Positions 27,319 to 37,370 are shown, counted from the first letter of the stretch. The stretch: DNA of 42,064 bases from Chlamydiia bacterium (GCA_038257035.1 JBBSJT010000005.1:1-42064); one strand, 5' to 3'. Notes: a model not told the origin generated them from the sequence alone. A program made the numbers and translations.

Positions 27319-28089
27319 AACTACTTGATAGCCTTGAACATTTTCTTGGCAACGCGTATAAGTCAATGTTTCATCGCTGAATAAACACTTTTTAGACCTT
27401 AAATATTCGGCAGCAAGAAGAACAATTGCCTCTACTGTTTTTGAAACCCTGTAGCCGGTTTGACCGTTTTTTTTATTTAGGCTATTTACTAAGATTAGTA
27501 GCCTGTCGTAAGTTTCATTTCGACTGTATGGAATCACATCAGTTGTCATTAGCACCCAACAGGATTTAATCGGTTTATCACCCTCTTGTTGAACAATTAA
27601 ATTCTCAATCAATCGATATCCCGATTCGTGATGGAAAAATTCCAGTTGTTCTTTTAAGAGTGCTCCCAAATTGCCAATGGTGATCGGTTTTCCTTTAATG
27701 GTTTCGGGAATACGGACCAACATGTGAGTATCGATAGTTTTATAACCTGGAAAGGCAGGGCAATCACTCTTTAAAATCTCATCGATATTATTGGGTAGTG
27801 ATGCATAGGCTTTGTCAATTTCATCATCGGATACGGTGCCTTCTCCACAAAATTCATTCCAATGTGAAGGATTAAAGCAAAAACCTGTGTAGATCATTTT
27901 TTTGGATAACATAGGATCGTCTGCCAATTGATTCCATTTCCTGTCTACCAAAGAACAATTTCGAAAATCCATAAAGTCACCATCGATTACCTTTGAAAAA
28001 ATATCTTTCCAGATTTCATTAGGTAAACCGCGTGATAATGATAGTAGCTTAGCAAAATTTACTGGCTGTTTATCAATGGTGACTATCAT
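27229..28089 (-). CDS. F-box protein with DGR-variable-region-like C-terminus (candidate effector)
   Basis: F-box LPNEIWKDIFSKV...RNCSLVDRKWNQLADDP; C-terminus YTRCQE...VVVGGFALSGLRVDGNNYDYDNIGVAGLRDL encoded by a GC-rich NNC tract. Confidence 0.8.
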   Translation of the reverse strand: MIVTIDKQPVNFAKLLSLSRGLPNEIWKDIFSKVIDGDFMDFRNCSLVDRKWNQLADDPMLSKKMIYTGFCFNPSHWNEFCGEGTVSDDEIDKAYASLPNNIDEILKSDCPAFPGYKTIDTHMLVRIPETIKGKPITIGNLGALLKEQLEFFHHESGYRLIENLIVQQEGDKPIKSCWVLMTTDVIPYSRNETYDRLLILVNSLNKKNGQTGYRVSKTVEAIVLLAAEYLRSKKCLFSDETLTYTRCQENVQGYQVVVGGFALSGLRVDGNNYDYDNIGVAGLRDL

Positions 28090-28098
28090 GAATTCCTA

Positions 28099-28680
28099 TT
28101 AGGTTTTGATGTATTGCTGCAGGAAGGAGCGACCGAGCCGTCGGGAACTTTTTAATTGAAGGTGGGTTAATTGATCAACGCCCGGGATGGAATCTTTTGA
28201 GTCTTCGATGAAAAGCTCTCCTCCATCCTTTAAAAGATTGCCATCATTAATTTTTTGCAAAATGAGCATACTAAAAGAAACTTGTTCGCCATCGATGAGT
28301 TTAAATGCATCATAAGGTGGGTCTACATAAATGATATCAAATTGTTTTTCACGTTTTTCAAGCTTGTCCATTTGGAGGAAAGCATCCCCATAAAGAACAT
28401 CCATTTGCCTAGGAATTTTAAGGTTTTTACCATTTGCTTCAATGGATGCTAGCGATTCTTTGGACTGATCTATAAAAGTTGCGTGTTTGGCGCCTCGACT
28501 TAAAGCTTCCAATCCGATAGCACCGGAACCTGCAAAAACATCAAGGAATAAGGCATCTTCGATGTACCCTTGGCAAATATTGAAAAGAGATTCTCTTAAT
28601 CTTGCAGACGTTGGCCTGACAATATCCCCTTTTGGGACGATCAATTTTTGATTTTTAAATTTTCCGCTAATAATATGCAT
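28099..28680 (-). CDS. rsmD: 16S rRNA m2G966 methyltransferase
   Basis: MHIISGKFK, VRPTSARLRESLFNI, LDVFAGSGAIGLEALSRGA, DPPY. Confidence 0.95.
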   Translation of the reverse strand: MHIISGKFKNQKLIVPKGDIVRPTSARLRESLFNICQGYIEDALFLDVFAGSGAIGLEALSRGAKHATFIDQSKESLASIEANGKNLKIPRQMDVLYGDAFLQMDKLEKREKQFDIIYVDPPYDAFKLIDGEQVSFSMLILQKINDGNLLKDGGELFIEDSKDSIPGVDQLTHLQLKSSRRLGRSFLQQYIKT

Positions 28681-28770
28681 GGGTTGAAGATACCATTTTT
28701 TTAAGTTGTTTTCAATTCATTTTTAATCTAAAATTTCATGTATTATTATATAAAATGATTGAAAATACAA

Positions 28771-29682
28771 ATGAAAAAAGAAATGAGCGTCGGCGTTGTC
28801 ATCCCGACATGGAATTCCAAACATCACCTTGAACGTTGCATCACTCCTCTATTACAATCATCCTTAAAACCAAAAATACTTGTCATCGATTCCTCATCAA
28901 CAGATGGTACCATCGAAATGGCAAAATATCTTGGCGTTGAAACTTACCAAATTCCAAAAAATGCATTCAATCATGGTTTAACACGCGAATTGGCAAGAAA
29001 TAAATTGATGACCGACATTGTTGTTATGGTCACAGATGATGCTTATGCAGTTGATGAGACAATGCTTGAGAATCTCGTTCAACCTATAATGGAGGGCAAT
29101 GCCTCCATCGCCTATGCAAGACAGCTTCCGCGTATGGGTGCAGGCTTTTTTGAGTCGTTCCCAAGAGAATTTAATTATCCTGATTCAAGCCACATCAGAT
29201 CAATATTCGATATCAATATTTATGGTGCCTACACCTTCTTTTGTTCTAATTCATCCGCTGCTTACTTAAATTCTGCCTTAGATGAAATTGGTGGATTTTC
29301 AAATGTTTTATTAGGTGAAGATACAGTTGCAACAGCTACCCTTTTAAGAAAGGGCCATAAAATCGCCTACGTTGCAAACGCTCAAGTCAGACATTCTCAT
29401 AGCTACACATTAAAACAAGAATTTCAGCGCTACTTTGATACAGGAATCGCAAGAAAAAGCTACCAATCTCTGATAACTTCTGAAGGATCTGACAATAAAC
29501 GAGGCGCAAATCTTTTTAAAGAAATGATGAAACGTCTAACCAAGGAAAAGCCTTACCTTATTCCCTATGCAATCCTTAATAATGCCGCCAAGTTTATGGG
29601 CTACCATCTTGGAAGACACTCGGAACACTTCCCTCTTTTCCTAAAAAGAGCCCTAAGCAGCCAAAAGCACCACTGGTCCTAA
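28771..29682 (+). CDS. Family 2 glycosyltransferase (rhamnosyltransferase-like)
   Basis: VVIPTWN, VIDSSSTDGT, FNHGLTR, TDDA, YARQLP, GED, HSH. Confidence 0.9.
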   Translation: MKKEMSVGVVIPTWNSKHHLERCITPLLQSSLKPKILVIDSSSTDGTIEMAKYLGVETYQIPKNAFNHGLTRELARNKLMTDIVVMVTDDAYAVDETMLENLVQPIMEGNASIAYARQLPRMGAGFFESFPREFNYPDSSHIRSIFDINIYGAYTFFCSNSSAAYLNSALDEIGGFSNVLLGEDTVATATLLRKGHKIAYVANAQVRHSHSYTLKQEFQRYFDTGIARKSYQSLITSEGSDNKRGANLFKEMMKRLTKEKPYLIPYAILNNAAKFMGYHLGRHSEHFPLFLKRALSSQKHHWS

Positions 29683-29713
29683 CACATTTTACACCACGAA
29701 GAATATTAACGAT

Positions 29714-30031
29714 TATAACGTTTGTGGGTGATTTTTTTACCGCGAAGACCGCGAAGAAGCGCAGCTTCGCTGCGGGAAGAAACGCGAAGGAGCGCAGCTT
29801 ATGCTGCGAAGAAGAAGGAAAGCCTAAAGACTTAGTTTTATCCCTCTTTGCAAAATGCAAAGAGGGTGATTAGTAAAATTGTTTTGTAAAAAACAATTTT
29901 AAACAAAGGTTTTATCAATAGCTATTTGAATGCCTTTTTCGCACGTAGTGCGCTTCTTCGCGCTTCTCCCCGCAGCAAAGCTGCGCTTCTTCGCGGTCTT
30001 CGCGGTAAAAAAATCCCCCAAAAGCGGTATA
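29714..30031. repeat. Long palindromic element (CGCGAAG-type arms), TATA-bounded
   Basis: TATAACGTTTGTGGGTGATTTTTTTACCGCGAAGACCGCGAAGAAGCGCAGC... inverted with ...CTTCGCGGTCTTCGCGGTAAAAAAATCCCCCAAAAGCGGTATA. Confidence 0.92.
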
Positions 30032-30078
30032 GTCTTTTCTTTGTGGTAAAAACAAATAACTCTACGGGAAAAGAAATG

Positions 30079-32277
30079 CTAGAGCTTTTTGAGTTTGGCA
30101 AGTTTGAGCACGATGCTGCGCTCACGGTCATCCTTTGAAAATTGAATCTTGGCAGTTGTTCCAATCGACCCTTCATAAATATCCCTGATGACGCCGGTTC
30201 CAAAAATTGGATGAAAAACAGCATTCCCGACTTCAAATGAAACACCCTCCTCACTATCCGGAACCGTTTGATCCATATCATCCATAAACCGAACTTCTTG
30301 AATGACAGGTTTTCTGTAGGATGAATGTGCTGATTGCATGTTGCTTCTGACCCTTTCTACATATTCCGGTGGTATTTCACGGATGAAACGGCTTGGAACT
30401 TGTGAGCGCGATATACCCCAGATGTAGCGCTGCATGCAATTTGTCATATAAAGATATTCTTTTGCTCGAGTCATTCCGACATAGCAAAGCCTTCTTTCCT
30501 CTTCCAACTGTTTTTCACTGTCACGGGAATTGACATGCGGAAAAAGATCCTCTTCCATTCCAACAAGGAAAGTCACTTTAAATTCCAAACCCTTCCCATT
30601 GTGGATCGTCATCAATTTTAGTCGCTCTTCACCGGTGCCTGCCTCATCCAAACTCGTCTTTAAAGATAACTCTTCCAAAAAAGCTGAAAGGGTAGCTTCT
30701 TCAGCCTCATCCTCCCATTCAATTGCTTTGGCAATCAGAGCATCAAGGTTTCCTTTTCGCTCTTCATAAGTTTCAGGATCTTCTTTTAAAAGTGCCAAAT
30801 AATTACTTTTTTCGATCAGTAGTTTTACAAGGTTTCCAAGAGAAATAACTTTTGACGCATCTCTTAAATCATTAATTAAATTTACATAACCTGTTAAACC
30901 AAGAAGCGGTTTTTCGGTAAGCTTTACTTTATATTCCAAGGGTGCTTTTTCAACCAATGCACTCACGTAGGTAATAATCGCCATCCCTTCTTCTTTTGCT
31001 GCGGCTTGTAATTTATCCAGCGTCGCAGGTCCTAAACCTCGTTTTGGGAGGTTAATAGTTCTTAAAAAAGAGATATAATCGCTATTAGAATGCACAATAC
31101 GTAAATAGGCCAAAATGTCTTTGATTTCTCGTCTTTGATAAAAGGAAAGTCCGCCAACAATCAGGTAAGGAATGCGTTTATTAAGAAAACTATCTTCAAA
31201 GGCACGCGACTGCGCATGCGTTCTGTAAAATACAACCATCTGATTTAATGAAATATTAAGAGTTTGACGCATTTGTTGAATGCGATCGGCAATAAAATGC
31301 GCCTCTTCACGCTCGCTTGAGGCTGTATGGATCTTAATTTTTTCACCGGCTCCCAATTTACTCCAAAGCTGTTTTTCATAACGACCTGAATTTCTTGAAA
31401 TAACGGCATTTGCAGCTTCTAAAATATTTGTTTTACTTCTATAATTTTCTTCTAGACGTATAACCTTAGCACCGGGATAATCTTTTTCAAAATTTAAAAT
31501 ATTGCTGATATCAGCCCCGCGCCATGAATAAATGGATTGGTCCGGATCGCCTACAACAAAAATATTTCCACTTCTTTTTACCAGTTGATGCGCAATTTCG
31601 TATTGAGAAGCATTCGTGTCTTGGTATTCATCGATTAAAAGATGAGAATAGCGATTCTGGTAATACTCCAAGACGTGTGGATGTTCGCGAAATAAACGCA
31701 CCGGTAAATAGAGCAAATCGTCAAAGTCGAGTGCATTGTAGCGTTTTAAATTTACCTGATAGAGCGCATAAACTTTAGAAAATAAGGCTTCTACATCAGA
31801 TTCAGGCTTTTCGTTAGATGAATCTTCAGGCGATTGCAATTTACTTTTTGCACCAGAAATTAAATGACGAAACGCCTTTGCCTCCATTTTTTTATCATTA
31901 ATTCCAAGCTCTTCAAGGCAGGTTTTTAAAAGTTTTAAAGAATCATCCTCATCGTAAATAAGAAAATCCCTCCCATAACCCAAATGTTGGATGGATTCCC
32001 TCAATATTCTAGCTCCCAAGCTATGGAAAGTACAAATAAGCACATGATTGGAAGTTAATTGATGAACCCGCTCTTTCATTTCTGCAGCTGCCTTATTTGT
32101 AAAGGTCAGTCCAAGAATTCGATTAGGAGAAATTCCAAGTTCAATCATATGGGCAATACGGCAGGTTACAACTCTTGTTTTTCCGGATCCCGCTCCTGCA
32201 AGAACAAGAAAAGCACCGTCCACTGAATAAACTGCCTGCTTTTGCTCATCATTTAATTGTCTTGTCAATTCATTCAT
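30079..32277 (-). CDS. uvrD: ATP-dependent DNA helicase PcrA/UvrD
   Basis: AGAGSGKT, TFTNKAA.EM, DEYQDTN, VGDPDQSIYSWRGA, LEENYRS, KGLEF, EEERRLCYVGMTRAK; C-terminal Tudor-like HPIFGTG. Confidence 0.96.
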   Translation of the reverse strand: MNELTRQLNDEQKQAVYSVDGAFLVLAGAGSGKTRVVTCRIAHMIELGISPNRILGLTFTNKAAAEMKERVHQLTSNHVLICTFHSLGARILRESIQHLGYGRDFLIYDEDDSLKLLKTCLEELGINDKKMEAKAFRHLISGAKSKLQSPEDSSNEKPESDVEALFSKVYALYQVNLKRYNALDFDDLLYLPVRLFREHPHVLEYYQNRYSHLLIDEYQDTNASQYEIAHQLVKRSGNIFVVGDPDQSIYSWRGADISNILNFEKDYPGAKVIRLEENYRSKTNILEAANAVISRNSGRYEKQLWSKLGAGEKIKIHTASSEREEAHFIADRIQQMRQTLNISLNQMVVFYRTHAQSRAFEDSFLNKRIPYLIVGGLSFYQRREIKDILAYLRIVHSNSDYISFLRTINLPKRGLGPATLDKLQAAAKEEGMAIITYVSALVEKAPLEYKVKLTEKPLLGLTGYVNLINDLRDASKVISLGNLVKLLIEKSNYLALLKEDPETYEERKGNLDALIAKAIEWEDEAEEATLSAFLEELSLKTSLDEAGTGEERLKLMTIHNGKGLEFKVTFLVGMEEDLFPHVNSRDSEKQLEEERRLCYVGMTRAKEYLYMTNCMQRYIWGISRSQVPSRFIREIPPEYVERVRSNMQSAHSSYRKPVIQEVRFMDDMDQTVPDSEEGVSFEVGNAVFHPIFGTGVIRDIYEGSIGTTAKIQFSKDDRERSIVLKLAKLKKL

Positions 32278-35200
32278 TTAAATGCCTTTATAAGTGGTGT
32301 TCTTTTTTCTTTTTCTCGCACACCTAAATTACCATAACGATGATAATCGTTACTAATTGCAACTTCCCTCAGGTAATTTAATAACTCAAATCGACCATTG
32401 CTCATTACTTTTGAGACAAGCACATTGCAAGCAACAAAGGCCAAAGCATTTTTGAGGGTTTTTTCAGGTTCCTTTAGAAGACGAAGACGTTTAACTTCGG
32501 CCTTCATGACCCGCTCCGTAAATGCATTTTGATTTTCTACTAAGACATTTAAACCTTCAATTTTATGGTCGGCACTTATTTTTAATTCCGTATTGCAAGT
32601 GGCTGCAGCCGCAACAACTCTTAGGATATCCACCATTTTATCGCCTTCCTGAATGCGAAAATCCATTTTCATTTGCGGCACATATTTCAAATAATTATCC
32701 TGACCGATACATAAACTTTTATCCTTTTTTACACTGAATTCAGCTTTCCAGTAGTAAGCATAACTTCCAATACTTGAGTTAAAAACTTGAAGATCTTTAT
32801 CTTTTAGATTTCTTCCCAAAGCCCTAATTGATTCTTTTGGGGTATCAACATTTTTTGGAAGCTCTAATTCTTCTGCATGCATAAACTGAATTAAATGATT
32901 GGGGCCGCCAGCTTTTAAGCTCGTACCAAAAGAACTTTCTTTGCATCCTCCGAAAGGTTGTCTTTGAACAACCGCTCCCGTAATTCCTCTATTGATATAG
33001 CAATTTCCTGCCTCTATATTGTCTAGCCAGATTATTTGCTCTCTTTCATCGAGGGATTGAAGCCCGGAAGTGAGTCCGTAAGTTGTTTGATTTGCCAAAT
33101 CGATCGCATTTTTTAAATCGGTCGCCCGCATGACACTTAAAACAGGACCAAAAAATTCCGTTAAATGAGAGCGGCTTTTCGGTTTTACTCCAAGCTTGAT
33201 TCCCGGGGACCAAAGATCTGGATTTTGCAAATCTTGAACAGGCTTTAATAACCACTCCTCTCCCTCATCAAGCGTTGTTAGAGCTTCTAGTAGATTTTTG
33301 TTTGCAGGTCCAATTAATGGATTAACCTTTGTCGATAATTTAAATGAAGATCCGACTTTTAAACTTGCTGCTGCACTTTTCAGCTGCTCTCTAAAAGCTA
33401 AATCATCATAAACTTCCGCTTCCAATATGGCTAAACTGCAAGCACTGCATTTTTGTCCTGAAAATGAAAAAGCCGACTGTACAAGGTCTTTGATGCTTAA
33501 ATCCCTGTCTGATAGAGCTGTTATAATCATTGCATTTTTGCCGCCGGTTTCGGCTATAAGATCAAGTCCCGGCCTTAATCTGAAAAAGAGTTTGGCAGTT
33601 TCAGTGGCACCTGTTAACACAATAAGATTGACTCTTTCATCCTCGATCAACAACGTGCCAATAGGATCATCCTCACAGACAATAAATTGTAATAAATCTT
33701 GTGGAACTCCTGCTTTCCAGCAAATTTTAGCTAGTAAAAAGCCAACAAGAATAGATTCTTTTGCCGGTTTAAAAAGGACGCTATTGCCCGTCATAAGAGC
33801 TGCAGTTATTCCTCCAAGAGATATGGAACAAGGAAAATTCCAAGGCGAAGCTACTAAGCATACGCCTTTTGGATTATATTTCACATTTTCAATTTCTAAG
33901 AAGTCTTTCATGCTACGAAGATAATACTCTGCAAAATCTATTGCCTCGGAAATTTCAACATCAGCTTCTGTTACAGTTTTTTTATTATCTAAAACCATTG
34001 CACCAATGAGCGCTCCTCGTTGAACACGAAGCTCATGAGCAATTGCTGAAAGCATTTTGGCTCGATTTTCATAAGTTAAATTACCATATTTTTTTTGAGC
34101 TGAAACAGCTGTGGCAATAGCTAATTCAATTTGCTCTTTATCAGCTAAGGAATAACTGTAAAAGTTTTCATTTTCCTGATGTGGCTTAATTCCTACATTT
34201 TTTGTCAAAATGAATTCATTTGCAATATGGAGAGGAATTTGTTCAATTTTTTTTACGATCCATTCTTCAATAATTTTTTCTGCCCACTGTCTGTTTTGAA
34301 CAAGTGAAAAATCGGTGTCTGCTTCATTAGTAAAAGGTTCAGTAAGCCCAAGCAATTTGGGTTCAAGAAACCGATTTTGGACGCGTCTTTGATAAAAACT
34401 AACATTGGAGCTATCTTGGCAAGATTTAGAAAAAATATCTGCTTGTATTTTCCAATCTTTTGTGTCAGGTTTTAGAGAGAAAGCTTCTCTTAAAAAATTG
34501 CCGGGGGCTGTGTTTTCATCAAGACGTCTGACTAGGTAGGCTACAGCATTTTGAAATTCTTCTTTGGTAGCTGCCGGGCAATAGAGGAGCATATCATTTG
34601 ATAATTCCTGCACCACTCGTCGCATATGATCAGCCATCCCCTCGAGCATTTCAAAGCAAACATATTGCTCAATTTCTCTTTCTGAACAAAGTAAAAGTGC
34701 ATAGGCCAAATCAAATAAATTATGGCTTGCAATACCAAGGTTTGCAGCTTTGACATGTTCTTTTTCGGTTCCGTACATCACCATGCGCTTGTAATTGGCA
34801 TCCACTTCAGCTTTTGTTTCATATTGTGGTTGAGGCCAACATTTAATCGAAGACTCCACTTGCTCCATAGCAAGATTTGCTCCTTTTACAATTCGTATTT
34901 TGATTGGCGCACCCCCACTATTTACCCGTTTCATTGCCCATAGCGTCAATTCTTGCTGAACAAGGTATGAATCCGGAACATAGGCCTGAAGTACAATCCC
35001 CGCAGAAAAATGCCTAAATTCATCCATTTCTAAAACGCGTTTAAAAGCTTCCACTGTAAGAAATAAATCGCGATACTCTTCCATATCAAGATTGACAAAT
35101 TTAGATACCCTTGTTCCATCTTTTCGGATAATTGGGTTATGCTTTGCCTGTAAATAAAGAATTTTAAGCCTTGAAAGAAGAACGCTTAAAGTTTCTTCCC

Positions 35201-35837
35201 ACGAGAGTAAATTAAGCTGGCTGCAGATTGTTGAAATTTTAACGGAAATGTATTCAATTTCAGGATTTGCTAAATCGTTTAAATATGTATTGAGGCGTTT
35301 CAATGCTTCGTCTTCACCTAAAATTGCCTCACCCAAACGGTTCAAATTAACTCTGACGCCTTCTTTTTTTCTTAGGCGGATATGGCTATTTAATTTATTA
35401 GCTTCACCGGGAAGAATCACCTGTGCGGTTTTGCTTCGGATCATAGATTTTGTCAGATTGGTAAATATAGAAGGGGCGATCGATCCTAAAGATTTTACGA
35501 TTTTTAATCCCAACTGTTGATCGAGGCTTAAAAATTGAGGTTGACCGCATTTATCAATTAAATATTTAATTTGATTGATTACACGTTTTGAATTTTGGCT
35601 TCTAAAGGATTGGTCTGTCATTTGTATAAGAAAATTTTTACCGTTTTCATCCTTCATCATCTTTGCAAGTTCGCTTTGGATCTTTTTTTCCTTGTCAGTT
35701 TCAATTGCATGAGCTTCATTTAACATGAGTGCGGCAAGGTCTATTGCCATTTGGCTTCTCTCGTCAATGGTAAGTGATTTTCCTTTAACGCTAATAATCA
35801 TTTGTTTAGCTTTGGCGATCAGTGTTGATGCGGTCAT
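32274..35837 (-). CDS. putA: Bifunctional proline dehydrogenase / P5C dehydrogenase
   Basis: NLDMEEYRD, RIVKGAN, ASHNLFD, YLVRRLDEN; EAIDFAEYY, SPWNFP, AETGGKN, GQKCSA, EFFGPVL. Confidence 0.95.
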   Translation of the reverse strand: MTASTLIAKAKQMIISVKGKSLTIDERSQMAIDLAALMLNEAHAIETDKEKKIQSELAKMMKDENGKNFLIQMTDQSFRSQNSKRVINQIKYLIDKCGQPQFLSLDQQLGLKIVKSLGSIAPSIFTNLTKSMIRSKTAQVILPGEANKLNSHIRLRKKEGVRVNLNRLGEAILGEDEALKRLNTYLNDLANPEIEYISVKISTICSQLNLLSWEETLSVLLSRLKILYLQAKHNPIIRKDGTRVSKFVNLDMEEYRDLFLTVEAFKRVLEMDEFRHFSAGIVLQAYVPDSYLVQQELTLWAMKRVNSGGAPIKIRIVKGANLAMEQVESSIKCWPQPQYETKAEVDANYKRMVMYGTEKEHVKAANLGIASHNLFDLAYALLLCSEREIEQYVCFEMLEGMADHMRRVVQELSNDMLLYCPAATKEEFQNAVAYLVRRLDENTAPGNFLREAFSLKPDTKDWKIQADIFSKSCQDSSNVSFYQRRVQNRFLEPKLLGLTEPFTNEADTDFSLVQNRQWAEKIIEEWIVKKIEQIPLHIANEFILTKNVGIKPHQENENFYSYSLADKEQIELAIATAVSAQKKYGNLTYENRAKMLSAIAHELRVQRGALIGAMVLDNKKTVTEADVEISEAIDFAEYYLRSMKDFLEIENVKYNPKGVCLVASPWNFPCSISLGGITAALMTGNSVLFKPAKESILVGFLLAKICWKAGVPQDLLQFIVCEDDPIGTLLIEDERVNLIVLTGATETAKLFFRLRPGLDLIAETGGKNAMIITALSDRDLSIKDLVQSAFSFSGQKCSACSLAILEAEVYDDLAFREQLKSAAASLKVGSSFKLSTKVNPLIGPANKNLLEALTTLDEGEEWLLKPVQDLQNPDLWSPGIKLGVKPKSRSHLTEFFGPVLSVMRATDLKNAIDLANQTTYGLTSGLQSLDEREQIIWLDNIEAGNCYINRGITGAVVQRQPFGGCKESSFGTSLKAGGPNHLIQFMHAEELELPKNVDTPKESIRALGRNLKDKDLQVFNSSIGSYAYYWKAEFSVKKDKSLCIGQDNYLKYVPQMKMDFRIQEGDKMVDILRVVAAAATCNTELKISADHKIEGLNVLVENQNAFTERVMKAEVKRLRLLKEPEKTLKNALAFVACNVLVSKVMSNGRFELLNYLREVAISNDYHRYGNLGVREKEKRTPLIKAFK

Positions 35838-35922
35838 TGGTTATCCCCTTAATTGAAACTTAAAATGAGTGTTAAAAATAGCAGAAATTCCTATTTAGGA
35901 GTAATAATATCTCCGGTTTTCG

Positions 35923-36032
35923 ATTTTTTTACCAGTGAGGCAGTGAGAAAGACATGAGATCAGTGAGAGGTCTTGAAAATCCAACCCCTCACTGATCTCA
36001 TGTCTTTCTCACTGCCTCACTGGTAAAAAAAT
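35923..36032. repeat. Perfect 45-bp-stem palindromic element (CAGTGAG-type arms)
   Basis: ATTTTTTTACCAGTGAGGCAGTGAGAAAGACATGAGATCAGTGAG (35923-35967) is the exact reverse complement of 35988-36032; 20-nt loop. Confidence 0.95.
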
Positions 36033-36117
36033 ATTATAGGTTCGATTCAAGTGGTGTCATAAGTGTTGTAAAATGATGCGTGAAATGATATAATTTCAAA
36101 TATTTACAACTCAATTT

Positions 36118-36570
36118 ATGGATAATATGAGCAAAATCACATGTACAAGAAAAATTCATTTTTCTTCAGGTCATAGAGTACTTCACCACGAAGGCAAATG
36201 CGTAAATCCACACGGCCACAATTACTATGCCCACATTTTTGCAGAAGCTGAACATTTAGATTCTCTTGGACGGGTGATTGATTTTTCGGTTTTAAAGGAA
36301 AAAATCGGGTCATGGATTGATGAACATTTTGATCATACTTTTTTAGTTTATGAAAAAGATAGCGAAATGATTGCGGCACTAAACCTTGTCAAAGGTTCAA
36401 AACCGCCATTTATTTGTCCTTTTAACCCAACAGCTGAAAATATTGCTAACTATTTGCTGACTGTTGTTTGCCCCGATCTATTAAAAGAATATGCAATTAA
36501 AGTTACAAAAGTTATCATTTATGAAACAGATAATTGCTATGCTGAAGCTAAAATGAATCAAGGAGATTAA
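36118..36570 (+). CDS. queD: 6-carboxytetrahydropterin synthase / PTPS family
   Basis: FSSGHR, KCVNPHGHNY, VIDFSVLK, DH, PTAENIA, YET. Confidence 0.9.
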   Translation: MDNMSKITCTRKIHFSSGHRVLHHEGKCVNPHGHNYYAHIFAEAEHLDSLGRVIDFSVLKEKIGSWIDEHFDHTFLVYEKDSEMIAALNLVKGSKPPFICPFNPTAENIANYLLTVVCPDLLKEYAIKVTKVIIYETDNCYAEAKMNQGD

Positions 36571-36572
36571 AT

Positions 36573-37256
36573 ATGCTTAAGGAAAATTTAGAGCTAATAA
36601 AAAAAACAAAATTATTTAACGAATTTAACTTTGATTTAATTGCAAAATCTCCTTTAACAAAAAATGAACATTCCGAAGATGAAAAAATCGAAATCATTTC
36701 CCACCACTTTGAAAAAATTCTAGAAACACTCGGACTAAACTTGGAAGATGATTCCCTTTGCAAAACACCAAACCGTTATGCAAAAATGTTGGTACAAGAA
36801 TTATTTGCCGGACTTGATGAAAAAAAATTTCCAAAAATCACGACCCAGGAAAATAAATTTCATTATAACCAAATGTTGATTGAATCAAATATCGGTATTA
36901 AAAGCGTTTGTGAACATCATTTTATCCCCATTTTAGGCCATTGCCACATTGCCTATTTCCCTGGTGAAAAAGTCATTGGCTTATCTAAACTTAACCGTGT
37001 GGCAGCCTATTTTGCTGCAAGGCCGCAGGTGCAAGAAAGAATGACAAAACAAATTAAAGAGTCGCTTGTGCAAGTATTAGAAACAGAAGATGTTGCAGTC
37101 GTCATAGATGCCCTTCACCTATGCGTAAGAATGCGTGGTATTCAAGATGAAAATGCGTTGACAAGGACTCTAGATTTTGGTGGAAAATTTCTTGAAAGCT
37201 CCATTAGAAGCGAATTTCTCTCAACAATTCCAAATCTAAAAGATTTAAAAATTTAA
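36573..37256 (+). CDS. folE: GTP cyclohydrolase I
   Basis: TPNRYAKM, SVCEHHF, IGLSKLNR, RPQVQERMT, HLCVRMRG. Confidence 0.97.
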   Translation: MLKENLELIKKTKLFNEFNFDLIAKSPLTKNEHSEDEKIEIISHHFEKILETLGLNLEDDSLCKTPNRYAKMLVQELFAGLDEKKFPKITTQENKFHYNQMLIESNIGIKSVCEHHFIPILGHCHIAYFPGEKVIGLSKLNRVAAYFAARPQVQERMTKQIKESLVQVLETEDVAVVIDALHLCVRMRGIQDENALTRTLDFGGKFLESSIRSEFLSTIPNLKDLKI

Positions 37257-37370
37257 GAGTCCACTTTCAAAATTTGTGCTTTAAATAATTAGATTTTTTT
37301 GAGCTTGTTTTTTGATAAATTTTAAGAGAATATATAATGTACAAATTCTATTTTGAAAAAGGTCTAATAT

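Noticed and set aside
27048..27320. 90-aa ORF with a TATTMTT run
   Set aside because: It is a shifted-frame reading of the AAC/GAC-rich tract of the F-box gene, extending into non-coding sequence.
35964..36060. Possible preQ1 riboswitch upstream of queD (AGAGGTC...CCCTC)
   Set aside because: The motif is the loop of the 45-bp palindrome and lacks the A-rich pseudoknot tail.
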